This document shows, piece by piece, positions 8,011-17,586 of a DNA stretch of 24,478 nt. This DNA comes from Christensenellaceae bacterium (GTDB taxonomy: Bacteria > Bacillota > Clostridia > Christensenellales > SZUA-584): contig JAAXZP010000308.1 in the NCBI GenBank assembly GCA_012719815.1, positions 1-24,478 on the forward strand. The letters run 5' to 3'. Position numbers and translations under genes: made by a program. Position 1 is the stretch's first letter, and the number at the start of each line of letters is the position of its first letter. The notes under the pieces were generated by a model. That model did no database searches. It worked only from the letters and a program-made list of their open reading frames with translations, and was not told the origin of the DNA.

Positions 8011-10194
8011 TTATCTGTGGTGGATTTTGCCCTTTTCCCTGTCTCCTTTTTTGCCTCCGGGGCCGGGCTTGTCGCCTTTCTTTTTATTGTCCTCGGGCTT
8101 TTTATTGTCCTCCGGTAAAAGGCCCTTGCGCGTCAGGTTGACGCGGCCCTGCTTGTCGATATCCGTCACGCGCACCAGTATTTCGTCGCCGACTTTCACC
8201 ACGTCTTCCACGCGGTCCACATGGCCGCTGGCCAGCTTGGAGATGTGCACCAGGCCGTCCTTGCCGGGCGCAAGCTCCACGAAGGCGCCGAAGTTCACGA
8301 TGCGCACCACCTTGCCCAGATATACGTCGCCCACCTCGATGTCCTTGACGATGGCGTCGATAGCGGCACGCGCCCTCTTGGCGGAATCTTCGTCGGGCGA
8401 CAGTATGAACACGCGGCCGTCGTCTTCCAGGTCGATTTTCACGCCGGTATCGGCGATGATCTTGTTGATGACCTTGCCGCCCGTTCCGATAACGTCGCGG
8501 ATCTTCTCCGGATCGATGGTAAACTGGTATACGCGCGGCGCGTATTTGGACAGGTTCTCGCGCGGCGCCGGCAGAACGGCGTTCATCTTATCCAGAATGA
8601 ACAGGCGGCCTTCGCGCGCCTGGGCAAGCGCCCTCGTGAGTATCTCCCTGTCGATGCCCTTTATCTTGATGTCCATCTGGATGGCCGTGATGCCCTTGGC
8701 GGTGCCCGCCACTTTAAAGTCCATGTCGCCGAAGAAGTCTTCCAGGCCCTGGATATCCGACAGTATCGCGATTTTGCCCGTTTTTTCATCCTTGATGAGG
8801 CCCATGGCTATGCCGGCCACCGCCGCTTTGATGGGTACGCCCGCATCCATCAGCGACAGCGAGGAAGCGCACACGCTCGCCTGCGAAGTGGAACCGTTGG
8901 AACCGATGCACTCAGACACCGTACGGATGGCATAGGGGAATTCCTCTTCGCTGGGCAGCACCGGAAGAAGCGCCCGCTCCGCCAAAGCGCCGTGGCCTAT
9001 CTCGCGGCGGCTCGTGGAGCGCAGCATGCGCACTTCGCCGGTGGAATACGGCGGCATGTTGTAATGGTGCATATAGCGCTTGCCTTCCACTTCCGAAATG
9101 CCGTCCAGCCGCTGCTGCTCGCTGATGGCGCCCAGCGTCGTCAGCGTCAGCGCCTGCGTCTCGCCGCGGGTGAACATCGCGCTGCCGTGCGTGCGGGCAA
9201 ACAGGCCCACTTCCACCGAAATCGGGCGGATTTCGTTCATCGCGCGACCGTCCGGGCGAATGCCATGGTTGAGGATTTTATCGCGCACGATTTCCTTGCG
9301 CATCTCGTACAGCACACTCTGTATGTCGGCGGCGCTGTCCGGATACTCTTCCGCAAAGTGAGCCAGCACGTCGTTGGTGACTTCTTCCGTCCGCGCTTCG
9401 CGTTCCTTGCGGTCTGTGGTGTCGAGGCTGTAGATTATCTTGTCCATCGCGTATTCGCGCACCTTGGCCTCCAGCTCCTCGTCCACGCGGTAGAGCTCAA
9501 CCTCCATCTTGGGCTTGCCCACCTCGGCCACGATGCTCTCGATAAAAGCGATCTGCTTCTTAATCTCCTCGTGGGCAAACAGGATGGCGTCCAGCATCTG
9601 TTCTTCGGAGATCTCATTAGCGCCAGCTTCCACCATCATCACGGCGTCCTTGGTGCCGGAAACGGTGAGGTCCAGCAAGCTCTTTTCGCGCTGGGCCAGG
9701 TCGGGATTGAGCACAAATTCGCCGTCCACCAGGCCGACCGCCACGGAACCGGTGGGCCCCGCAAACGGGATGTCCGATATGGACAATGCCACCGAAGAGC
9801 CAATCATGCCGTACACCGCAGGCGGTATGTCCTGCTCCACCGACAGCACGGTGCATATCACCTGCACATCGTTGTAGAACCCCTTGGGGAACAGCGGCCG
9901 TATAGGTCTGTCAATCAGACGCGCAGTCAGGACCGCTTTTTCAGAAGGCCGTCCCTCGCGCTTGATAAATCCGCCGGGTATCTTGCCTACCGAATACATC
10001 TTTTCTTCAAACTCTACGCTCAGCGGGAAAAAGTCGATACCCGCCCGCGGCGTCTTGGAAGCCGTTGCCGTCACCAGCACAGCCGTGTCGCCGCACCGCA
10101 CCAGGCATGTCCCATTCGCCTGCTGTGCATACTTGCCGGTTTCGATTATCAGCGTCCTGCCGGCAAACTCTGTTGAAAATACTCTGTGTTCCAT
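8011..10194 (-). CDS. pnp: Polyribonucleotide nucleotidyltransferase (PNPase)
   Basis: [55 protein letters not shown] domain ([12 protein letters not shown]) and S1 domain; AAGGAG RBS. Confidence 0.98.
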   Translation of the reverse strand: MEHRVFSTEFAGRTLIIETGKYAQQANGTCLVRCGDTAVLVTATASKTPRAGIDFFPLSVEFEEKMYSVGKIPGGFIKREGRPSEKAVLTARLIDRPIRPLFPKGFYNDVQVICTVLSVEQDIPPAVYGMIGSSVALSISDIPFAGPTGSVAVGLVDGEFVLNPDLAQREKSLLDLTVSGTKDAVMMVEAGANEISEEQMLDAILFAHEEIKKQIAFIESIVAEVGKPKMEVELYRVDEELEAKVREYAMDKIIYSLDTTDRKEREARTEEVTNDVLAHFAEEYPDSAADIQSVLYEMRKEIVRDKILNHGIRPDGRAMNEIRPISVEVGLFARTHGSAMFTRGETQALTLTTLGAISEQQRLDGISEVEGKRYMHHYNMPPYSTGEVRMLRSTSRREIGHGALAERALLPVLPSEEEFPYAIRTVSECIGSNGSTSQASVCASSLSLMDAGVPIKAAVAGIAMGLIKDEKTGKIAILSDIQGLEDFFGDMDFKVAGTAKGITAIQMDIKIKGIDREILTRALAQAREGRLFILDKMNAVLPAPRENLSKYAPRVYQFTIDPEKIRDVIGTGGKVINKIIADTGVKIDLEDDGRVFILSPDEDSAKRARAAIDAIVKDIEVGDVYLGKVVRIVNFGAFVELAPGKDGLVHISKLASGHVDRVEDVVKVGDEILVRVTDIDKQGRVNLTRKGLLPEDNKKPEDNKKKGDKPGPGGKKGDREKGKIHHR
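8080..8115. repeat. Two 18-bp tandem copies encoding PEDNKK x2 in the PNPase tail
   Basis: ctttttattgtcctcggg followed by ctttttattgtcctccgg. Confidence 0.9.
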
Positions 10195-10334
10195 ATTTTT
10201 TCGATACTCCTTCTTTCCTACCCTTTCCTTACCGAACCCTGCGCACCTGCGCAGCGCCCCATGCGTTTCGCATGCAAAATTTCGCGTCCCCCCGTCCGGA
10301 CTAGCCGCCTAATGAGCCGTCTGGGCAGGGATGT

Positions 10335-10371
10335 CAAAAAGAACAAATAATAGAGCGGTCGCCCGCTCTAT
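10335..10371 (-). terminator. Intrinsic terminator of rpsO
   Basis: Perfect 9-bp stem ATAGAGCGG-N4-CCGCTCTAT followed on the minus strand by TATTTGTTCTTTTT. Confidence 0.85.
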
Positions 10372-10377
10372 CATTTG

Positions 10378-10641
10378 CTATTTTCTTAAGTTCAGGCTCT
10401 TGAGCAGTTCCCTGTATCTGTCAATGTCTTTCTTCTTCAGATAGTCGAGCAAACCTCTTCTCTGACCGACCATTTTCAGTAGCCCGCGCCGTGAATGATG
10501 ATCCTTGGGATGAAGCTTCAAATGATCGTTCAGGTGATTGATCCGCTCAGACAACAGGGCGATCTGAACCTCCGGCGAACCCGTGTCGCCTGGTCTCCGG
10601 GCATACTTCGCGATAATGCCCGATTTGGTTTCCTTATCCAT
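10378..10641 (-). CDS. rpsO: 30S ribosomal protein S15
   Basis: [43 protein letters not shown]; lies upstream of pnp as usual. Confidence 0.99.
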   Translation of the reverse strand: MDKETKSGIIAKYARRPGDTGSPEVQIALLSERINHLNDHLKLHPKDHHSRRGLLKMVGQRRGLLDYLKKKDIDRYRELLKSLNLRK

Positions 10642-10670
10642 TTTTCAAATATTCCCTCCTGCTCTTTGGC

Positions 10671-10723
10671 AACCCCGCAAACAATGTAATGCGTCGGGTG
10701 TTCGCAAAACAGTGTAAGCGGTT
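10671..10723 (-). ncRNA. Putative S15-responsive leader in the rpsO 5' UTR
   Basis: Minus strand AACCGC...GCGGGGTT outer stem with inner TGCG/CGCA stem, between the sigA promoter and the GGAGG RBS. Firmicutes are known to have an S15 leader here. Confidence 0.5.
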
Positions 10724-10740
10724 ATTTAAAATCAGGAATC

Positions 10741-10769
10741 ATCATATCACAGGCGGCCCCATTTGTAAA
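10741..10769 (-). promoter_or_regulatory. SigA promoter of rpsO
   Basis: Minus strand TTTACA-N17-TATGAT with TG extension. Confidence 0.8.
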
Positions 10770-10900
10770 CATTAGGTTGAAAAAATCGTCTTTGATTTGT
10801 ATTTATCCCACGTTCGGGCAGGGTTTATGCATGAATGCAAACCCGGCCATAAAATTACATATATTTCTAATTTTCTTGCATCAAAATTTTCGCTGTTTAT

Positions 10901-10929
10901 ATGCAAATAATTTTCATATGTGCTATAAT
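10901..10929 (+). promoter_or_regulatory. SigA promoter of the rnf operon
   Basis: ATGCAA-N17-TATAAT with extended -10 (TG-C-TATAAT at 10921-10929). Confidence 0.7.
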
Positions 10930-11000
10930 AGCTTTTTGGGAGTAACAACCCAGGCATTATTCAGCCTCATATAATTTATCATGACATAAAAGGAGACTGT

Positions 11001-12335
11001 ATGGCAAGATTCAGTTTCAGAGGCGGCGTGCATCCGCTTCAGCGCATCCACCACGGCAAGCGCTTCACCGAAGGCCGCGCCATCGAGAAGTGCAGTGCGC
11101 CGGACGAAGTGATTATCCCGCTTTCCCAGCACATCGGCGCGCCGTCCAGGCCCATTGTGGCTGTGGGCGATGTCGTGGATATGGGTCAGCGCATCGCCGA
11201 CGAGAGCGGATACGTGAGCGTACCGTGCTTTGCCAGCGTATCCGGCAAGGTAAAGGCCATCGAGAAGCGCCCGCACATATCCGGGCAGCCCAGCATGGCC
11301 ATCGTGATCGAGAACGACCACGAAGACAGGCTGTACCCCGGCATCAAAAGCCCGGGCCGTCTGGAGGACTTAACGCCTGCCCAGATCGTGGCCGCCATCA
11401 AGAACGCAGGCATCGTGGGCAAGGGCGGCGCGGCGTTTCCGACGCACGTCAAGCTGTCGCCGCCGGCCGAAAAGAAGATTGATACGGTGATCGTCAACGG
11501 CGCGGAGTGCGAGCCGTACCTCACGGCGGACCACCGCATCATGCTGGAGTACCCCGGCGAAGTGGTGCGCGGCCTGAAAGCCGCCGTCAAAGCGCTGGGT
11601 GCAGGCAGCGCCTGGATCGGCATCGAGAACAACAAGCCGGACGCCATCGCCGCGATGCAAAAAGCTGCCTCCGGCAGCGATATCCGCGTGGCGCCACTAA
11701 AGGTGAAATACCCGCAGGGCGCTGAAAAGCAGCTGATCAAGGCCATCACCGGCCGCGAAGTGCCTTCGGGTGGCCTGCCGATGGACGTGGGCGTGGTAGT
11801 GATCAACGCGGGCACCGCCTATCAGATCTGCCAGGCTGTCGAAAAGGGCATGCCGCTGTTTGAGCGCGTCGTCACCGTGACGGGCAGCGTGGGCACGCCT
11901 GGCAACCTGATGGTGCGCATCGGCACGCCTATTTCCCACGTGCTCGCGCAGGCGGGCGGTTTTTCCGGGAAAATCGAGAAGGTGATCGCGGGCGGCCCGA
12001 TGATGGGCATCGCGCTCTATAACCTCGAAGCGCCGGTGATGAAGGGTACGTCGGGCATACTCGCGCTGGACGACAGGATGGTTCGGCCCGTCGAGGAATC
12101 CGCCTGCATCCGCTGCGGCAAATGCGTGATGGTCTGCCCCATCGGCCTGCAGCCGTATCTGCTGGACGCTTATTCGGACGCAGACTGTTTTGATGAAGCC
12201 GAGCAAAACGGCGTGATGGACTGCATCGAGTGCGGCTGCTGCGCGTATACCTGCCCGGCCAACCGCCATCTCGTGCAGGCCATGCGCCTGGCCAAATGCG
12301 AAATCAACAGCAAACGCAAGGCCTGCGCCCAATAA
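11001..12335 (+). CDS. rnfC: Rnf electron transport complex subunit C
   Basis: FRGGVHP, IPLSQHIGAP, GIVGKGGAAFPTHVKL, NGAECEPYLTADHR, YPQGAEKQLI; 4Fe-4S motifs CIRCGKCVMVCP and CIECGCCAYTCP; AGGAG RBS. Confidence 0.97.
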   Translation: MARFSFRGGVHPLQRIHHGKRFTEGRAIEKCSAPDEVIIPLSQHIGAPSRPIVAVGDVVDMGQRIADESGYVSVPCFASVSGKVKAIEKRPHISGQPSMAIVIENDHEDRLYPGIKSPGRLEDLTPAQIVAAIKNAGIVGKGGAAFPTHVKLSPPAEKKIDTVIVNGAECEPYLTADHRIMLEYPGEVVRGLKAAVKALGAGSAWIGIENNKPDAIAAMQKAASGSDIRVAPLKVKYPQGAEKQLIKAITGREVPSGGLPMDVGVVVINAGTAYQICQAVEKGMPLFERVVTVTGSVGTPGNLMVRIGTPISHVLAQAGGFSGKIEKVIAGGPMMGIALYNLEAPVMKGTSGILALDDRMVRPVEESACIRCGKCVMVCPIGLQPYLLDAYSDADCFDEAEQNGVMDCIECGCCAYTCPANRHLVQAMRLAKCEINSKRKACAQ

Positions 12336-12370
12336 GCGGCATGGTTTAGCATAATTTTTGGGAGGATCGT

Positions 12371-13324
12371 ATGGACAAATATACGCTGTCATCGTCGCCG
12401 CATGTTCGCTCGGCTGAAACCACCGGGCGCATCATGCTCGACGTGATCATCGCACTGCTGCCCGCAACGGTTCTGGGAGTCGTGTTTTTTGGCTGGAACG
12501 CGCTGTGGGTTGTGCTGGTAAGCACTGCGGCAGCGGTCGCTACGGAAGCGCTGCTGCAAAAGTTAATGAAGAAAAAGATCACGATCACGGACGGCAGTGC
12601 CGCGGTGACCGGGCTGCTGCTTGCGCTCAACCTGCCGCCGTCCGTTCCGCTCTATATTCCCATCGTCGGTTCTGTTTTTGCCATCGCCATCGTCAAACAA
12701 TGCTTTGGCGGCATCGGCAGCAACTTCCTGAACCCGGCGCTGGCTGCGCGGGCTTTCCTGATGCTCTCGTGGACCCCAGCCATGACGTCCTGGACAATGC
12801 CGGCGGACGCGGTTTCCACTGTGACGCCGCTCGCCGCAATCAAGGAGGCGGGTGCCGGCGCTCCCAGCCCGTATCTGGACATGTTCCTCGGCACCGTGGG
12901 CGGCTGCATCGGAGAAACCAGCGCATTGGCGCTGCTCATCGGCGGCATTTACCTGGTGGCTCGCCGCGTGATCGACCCGAGCATCCCGCTTATCTATATC
13001 GCCACCGTGGGCCTGTTCACCTGGGTGGCCGGCCCCGACGGCCTGTTCACCGGCGACGGGCTGTATCACATGCTGGCCGGCGGCCTGATGCTGGGCGCCA
13101 TCTACATGGCGACGGACTACACCACCTCGCCGATGACAGTTAAAGGCAGGATCATATTCGCCCTGGGCTGCGGCGTGGTGACCAGCGTGATCCGCCTGTG
13201 GGGCGGTTATCCGGAGGGCGTGTCCTACTCCATACTGCTGATGAACCTGTTCGTGCCGCTGATCGACAGGGCGATTAAGCCCCGCATGTTTGGCAGCGTC
13301 GCGCTGAAGGAGGCTGGAAAATGA
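12371..13324 (+). CDS. rnfD: Rnf subunit D
   Basis: SSSPHVR, IMLDVIIALLP, TDGSAAVTGLLLA, FGGIGSNFLNPA, FMN-site DAVSTVTPL and MATDYTTSP. Confidence 0.97.
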   Translation: MDKYTLSSSPHVRSAETTGRIMLDVIIALLPATVLGVVFFGWNALWVVLVSTAAAVATEALLQKLMKKKITITDGSAAVTGLLLALNLPPSVPLYIPIVGSVFAIAIVKQCFGGIGSNFLNPALAARAFLMLSWTPAMTSWTMPADAVSTVTPLAAIKEAGAGAPSPYLDMFLGTVGGCIGETSALALLIGGIYLVARRVIDPSIPLIYIATVGLFTWVAGPDGLFTGDGLYHMLAGGLMLGAIYMATDYTTSPMTVKGRIIFALGCGVVTSVIRLWGGYPEGVSYSILLMNLFVPLIDRAIKPRMFGSVALKEAGK

Positions 13325-13941
13325 AGAACATCATATCGATGGCGCTGAAGCTGTTTGTTATCGTCGTGGTCGCCGCCATCGCGTTGGGCGCCGTCAATTA
13401 CGTCACCGAAGGCCCCATCGCGGAACAGCGGGAAGCAGCCGCCACCGAAGCGCGGCTAACCGCCTTCCCGGAAGCCGCAAGCTTTGAGGCGGTTTACGAC
13501 CCGGGCAACGATGCGGTGAAGGATGTCACGCTGGAGTCGCTGCTGGGCACGGATGAGCTGCTCAAGGACTATGCAATCATCAAGACCGTGTACAAAGCTC
13601 TGGACGAAAGCGGCAATGAGCTCGGCATTACGGCAGGCGTGGTAACCAAAGGCTTCAACTCCGGCCTCAATATCACGATCGGCGTGGGCATTGACGGCGC
13701 GATTCACGGCGTGGTCGTGGGCGACCACTCGGAAACGGCCGGCCTGGGCGCCAAGGCCGCAGAGCCCGAATACGAAGGGCAGTACGTCGGCAAGAAGAGC
13801 CCGCTCGATGTGGTGAAATCCAGCCCCGGCGACAGCGATATCCAGGCGATCGCTGGCGCGACGATCACCTCAAGGGCCGTTACAAACGCGGTCAACACCG
13901 TCAGTGAATTCTACGCCGCTCTGACAGGAGGCGCAAAATGA
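13321..13941 (+). CDS. rnfG: Rnf subunit G
   Basis: N-terminal TM helix, HSETAGLG, FMN-binding AIAGATITSRAV; 4-nt ATGA overlap with rnfD. Confidence 0.95.
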   Translation: MKNIISMALKLFVIVVVAAIALGAVNYVTEGPIAEQREAAATEARLTAFPEAASFEAVYDPGNDAVKDVTLESLLGTDELLKDYAIIKTVYKALDESGNELGITAGVVTKGFNSGLNITIGVGIDGAIHGVVVGDHSETAGLGAKAAEPEYEGQYVGKKSPLDVVKSSPGDSDIQAIAGATITSRAVTNAVNTVSEFYAALTGGAK

Positions 13942-14564
13942 ACAAGAAAAAAACACGGCCACTGGCCATTTTGAAAAACGGCTTACTCGATGAAAACCCG
14001 ACGTTCCGCCTTTTGCTCGGCATGTGCCCGACGCTCGCGATCACCACGGCGGCGATCAACGGCATCGGCATGGGCCTGGCCGCTACGTTCGTGCTGGTCG
14101 GCTCCAACGTGTTCGTGTCGCTGCTGCGCAATTTCATACCGCCCAAGGTGCGCATCCCGGCGTTCGTGGTGATCATCGCGGCGTTCGTGACCATCGTACA
14201 GCTGGTGCTTAAAGCGTATGTGCCTGCGCTGGATAAAGCGCTCGGCCTGTTCATCCCGCTGATCGTGGTGAACTGCATTATCATCGCTCGTTCCGAGGCT
14301 TTTGCCTACAAGAATTCGGTGGGCGCATCGTTCCTCGACGGCATCGGCATTGGCATCGGCTTTACAATCGCGCTCGTCCTGGTAGCATCGATCCGTGAGA
14401 TACTCGGCAACGGTACCATCTTCGGCGCGTCGCTGTTCGGCGAAAACTTCGCGCCGGCGCTCGGCATGGTTATGCCCGCAGGCGGCTTTATCACGCTGGG
14501 TCTGCTGATCGGCCTGATCAATAAGGTCGTATCGGTCAGGCAGAAGAAGAAAGGAGCGCATTAA
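13938..14564 (+). CDS. rnfE: Rnf subunit E
   Basis: ENPTFRLLLGMCPTLA, VRIPAFVVIIA, LGLFIPLIVVNCII.RSEAFA; ATGA overlap with rnfG. Confidence 0.97.
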   Translation: MNKKKTRPLAILKNGLLDENPTFRLLLGMCPTLAITTAAINGIGMGLAATFVLVGSNVFVSLLRNFIPPKVRIPAFVVIIAAFVTIVQLVLKAYVPALDKALGLFIPLIVVNCIIIARSEAFAYKNSVGASFLDGIGIGIGFTIALVLVASIREILGNGTIFGASLFGENFAPALGMVMPAGGFITLGLLIGLINKVVSVRQKKKGAH

Positions 14565-14566
14565 TC

Positions 14567-15151
14567 ATGGAAGGCTTCACAGGCATACTGCTCATACTGC
14601 TGAGCTCCATACTCGTCAACAACTTCGTACTGTCCCGCATCCTGGGCATCTGCCCGTTCCTCGGCGTGTCCAAGCGTGTAGAGACAGCGGTCGGCATGGG
14701 TTTCGCGGTTACGTTCGTGATGGCGCTCGCTTCGGTGATCTGCTGGATCGTGCAAAAGGCCATTCTGGACCCGCTGAATATCGGTTACATGCAGACCATC
14801 GCGTTCATACTGGTCATCGCGGCGCTGGTGCAGCTTGTGGAGATGGCGCTGCAGAAAATGGTGCCGTCGCTGTATCAGGCGCTGGGCATCTACCTGCCGC
14901 TTATTACCACTAACTGCGCTGTGCTGGGCGTGGCTATACTCAACATCGACGAAGGGTATAATCTCATACAGACGCTGGTCAACGGCATCGGCGGCGCGCT
15001 GGGCTTCATGCTCGCCATCGTGCTGTTTGCGGGCATCCGCGAACGCCTGGAGCTGGCCAGGATACCCGAACCGCTCAAGGACTTCCCTATCGCGCTGATA
15101 TCGGCAGGTCTTATGTCGCTGGCGTTTTTGGGATTCCAGGGCATCGTCTAA
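14567..15151 (+). CDS. rnfA: Rnf subunit A
   Basis: VNNFVLSRILGICPFLGVSK, LGIYLPLITTNCAVLG, LFAGIRERL. Confidence 0.97.
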   Translation: MEGFTGILLILLSSILVNNFVLSRILGICPFLGVSKRVETAVGMGFAVTFVMALASVICWIVQKAILDPLNIGYMQTIAFILVIAALVQLVEMALQKMVPSLYQALGIYLPLITTNCAVLGVAILNIDEGYNLIQTLVNGIGGALGFMLAIVLFAGIRERLELARIPEPLKDFPIALISAGLMSLAFLGFQGIV

Positions 15152-15172
15152 ACTGAAAGGAAGGATACTATT

Positions 15173-15997
15173 ATGCTGGACGCCATTTTATGGCCATTGA
15201 TCGCACTGGGCGGCATAGGTTTGGTACTGGGCCTCGGCCTTGCGATCGCTTCTAAAATATTTGAAGTAAAGGTAGACCCCAAAGTGGAGCAGGTGCGCGA
15301 GCTGCTGCCCGGCGCCAACTGCGGCGGCTGCGGATTCCCGGGCTGCGACGGCTTTGCCAAAGCGGTGGCCGCGGGCGAGCGCGAAGCGGGCGCATGCGTG
15401 GCGCTCTCGTGTGACAACCTTGCCGCTATCGGGGCGCTGCTGGGCGTGGATACAACGCCTTCCGAGCCCAAAGTCGCACGGGTGCGCTGCCACGGAGACT
15501 CGGAGAACTGCATTTCCAAATACACGTATACCGGCATTCACGACTGCCGTGCGGCGGCGATGCTGGCGGGCGGGCCGTCGGCGTGTGCATTCGGCTGCGT
15601 GGGGCTTTTAACCTGCGGCAAAGCATGCCCGTTTGGCGCTATTTATCTCAGCGACAAAGGCATCGCCGCGGTGGACGAAAGTCTGTGCACCGGCTGCGGG
15701 CGCTGCGAAGCCATCTGCCCCAAACACGTGATCACCGTGATGCCCAAGAGTCGCCGGGTGTTCGTCGCCTGCCGCACCAACGAAAAGGGCAAGGCCGCGG
15801 CCGCCATCTGCAAGGCGGGCTGCATCGCGTGCGGGCTGTGCGCCAAGAAGTGCCCTGAGGGTGCGATCACGATGAAAGATAACCTGCCGGTGATCGACTA
15901 TGAGAAATGCACGGGCTGCGGCGTGTGCGTCTCCGTGTGCCCCAAGGGTTCCATCGCGATCAACGATGAAAAGAACGTCAATATCTGCGCCGGCTAG
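15173..15997 (+). CDS. rnfB: Rnf subunit B (polyferredoxin)
   Basis: N-terminal TM helix, LPGANCGGCGFPGC and several CxxCxxCxxxCP motifs. Confidence 0.96.
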   Translation: MLDAILWPLIALGGIGLVLGLGLAIASKIFEVKVDPKVEQVRELLPGANCGGCGFPGCDGFAKAVAAGEREAGACVALSCDNLAAIGALLGVDTTPSEPKVARVRCHGDSENCISKYTYTGIHDCRAAAMLAGGPSACAFGCVGLLTCGKACPFGAIYLSDKGIAAVDESLCTGCGRCEAICPKHVITVMPKSRRVFVACRTNEKGKAAAAICKAGCIACGLCAKKCPEGAITMKDNLPVIDYEKCTGCGVCVSVCPKGSIAINDEKNVNICAG

Positions 15998-16553
15998 CCT
16001 AAGCGGTCGCCGCGTGATACTCGCATCCGGTTCGCCCCGTCGCAAAGAGCTGCTGACATTTATCGTCCCCGAGTTCGACGTGATCCCCAGCGACATCGAC
16101 GAGACGGCTTCGGGGTCCCCCGAACAGCAGGTGGAAAAGCTCGCGGCGGACAAGGCGGCGGATATCGCCCGCCAGTTCCCGGACGCTGTGGTCATCGGCG
16201 CGGACACGCTGGTGACGGTGGGCGGTCGCGTGCTGGGCAAGCCCCGGGACGCCGAGGAGGCCGCAGCCATGCTGCACCTGCTGTCTGGCCGCGATCATAT
16301 CGTCTATACCGGCGTTGCGGTCGCAAGCGGCGGCGCCATGCGCACGGCAGTGGAGTCCACGCGCGTCATATTCAGCAGCATGACGGACGACGAGATCCGC
16401 GAGTACATCTCAACGGGCGAGCCCATGGACAAGGCGGGCGCTTACGGCATACAGGGCTACGGCGGCAAGTACATCACCGGCATCGAAGGCTGCTTCTTCA
16501 ACGTGATGGGGCTGCCGCTCAACAGGCTGTATAATATGCTCAAGAGCCTGTAA
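15966..16553 (+). CDS. maf: Maf family nucleoside triphosphate pyrophosphatase (YhdE-type)
   Basis: ILASGSPRRKELL, GADTLV, LGKP, LSGRDH.V.TGV, DKAGAYGIQG and NVMGLP. Start uncertain: ATG 15966 inside rnfB or GTG 16014. Confidence 0.93.
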   Translation: MKRTSISAPASLSGRRVILASGSPRRKELLTFIVPEFDVIPSDIDETASGSPEQQVEKLAADKAADIARQFPDAVVIGADTLVTVGGRVLGKPRDAEEAAAMLHLLSGRDHIVYTGVAVASGGAMRTAVESTRVIFSSMTDDEIREYISTGEPMDKAGAYGIQGYGGKYITGIEGCFFNVMGLPLNRLYNMLKSL

Positions 16554-16594
16554 CGCAATTGAAAGCTATATCTGTCAATAAAACATGCCTTCGC

Positions 16595-16632
16595 AAGGGA
16601 GAGGCTTCGTAAAGAGGTTTTCTCCCTTTGGC
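16595..16632 (+). terminator. Long hairpin, probable terminator of the rnf-maf transcript
   Basis: AAGGGAGA(16595-16602)/TCTCCCTT(16621-16628) extended inward by G:U pairs, followed by a T-rich tail. Confidence 0.65.
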
Positions 16633-16760
16633 TTTGTATTCAATCGGAATGACAGGAGTGATAGTAAAAATAAAGCTCAGAAAAATTCTCTCTAAGCTTT
16701 ACAAATAGTGATCGGTTGGCAGACTAAACTGGAATATAATCTGTAGATTGGTATGATTCA

Positions 16761-17312
16761 TCACTCTTTCTTACTCTTTTGCATAAATCGAGTGAATACA
16801 AGACTGGCAACCGCAATCAAGGCTCCAATTGCAATAACTGCAATGGTAATACCAAAAATGATTGGCATCGGGGGAACCGCTGCGTATTCCATTGCATTGT
16901 TGTAAAACCCAAGCCCAGAGTTTGTTTCAAAATTCAGCTTTATGGCGGCATTTTTCAAAATGAAAAGAGAAAAACACTCGGCTATTAACAGCACAACTCC
17001 AACCAGGGCGGTTAACCATCCAGCGGTGAAGCATCTTCTTTGAAAATTCATCTTAACGCACTTCTCCAATATGGTGTTCACCGGACTGTAACTTGAGTCA
17101 GATCCATTGTCTGAAACACAGGTGCCCAATAATTCGTCAGACGAAACATGAAATGTATCGCACAACAAAAGAAGCTTGTCTACGTCCGGCGTGGATTGAT
17201 CTGTTTCCCATTTGGAAACGGCTTGTCTCGATACTCCAATAAGGTCAGCGAGCTGTTCTTGAGATAATCCAGCTGCTTTTCTTAATTGCTGAATATTTGT
17301 TCCGAGCGACAT
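16761..17312 (-). CDS. XRE-family HTH regulator with two C-terminal TM helices
   Basis: IQQLRKAAGLSQEQLADLIGVSRQAVSKWE..QSTPD..KL; two hydrophobic segments; AGGAG RBS. Confidence 0.9.
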   Translation of the reverse strand: MSLGTNIQQLRKAAGLSQEQLADLIGVSRQAVSKWETDQSTPDVDKLLLLCDTFHVSSDELLGTCVSDNGSDSSYSPVNTILEKCVKMNFQRRCFTAGWLTALVGVVLLIAECFSLFILKNAAIKLNFETNSGLGFYNNAMEYAAVPPMPIIFGITIAVIAIGALIAVASLVFTRFMQKSKKE

Positions 17313-17586
17313 TTTCTACTCTCCTATGAGTTGTGCGTTAATTGTAATCATTGTTTTAGTTGCAATCTACCAAGCGCACCTTGAATTTTCGCCACTCAAA
17401 GTTGCATTCTCAATTATGAGGACTACGTATTGCGATTGGATTTGAGAATATATCAGAATATAAGTAAAACCGTTGTCACGGGTAAACTGAAATTTAATTC
17501 GCCGTTAGTTTTGCTGGAATGGTATTTGTGACTCAGCGCACCATCCCGGCCCTGCAGAAAAGGAATAGCGTGCGGCCCCACCGTGG

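Larger units (their letters stand above)
16554..17520. other. AT-rich segment, probably horizontally acquired
   Basis: Hand counts: 19/60 G+C in 16681-16740 and in 16921-16980, against 46/60 in maf at 16201-16260. The change is abrupt at the maf stop. Right boundary approximate. Confidence 0.75.

Noticed and set aside
8221-10176. 651-aa plus-strand ORF opposite pnp
   Set aside because: Antisense shadow of a GC3-rich gene; no recognisable motifs or RBS.
10777-10974. 65-aa ORF in the rpsO-rnfC spacer
   Set aside because: No RBS or motif; it spans the rnf promoter in AT-rich DNA.
10378-15997. Window-wide TAG reassignment
   Set aside because: rpsO and rnfB end in TAG at their expected C-termini, so TAG is a stop in the left-hand genome.
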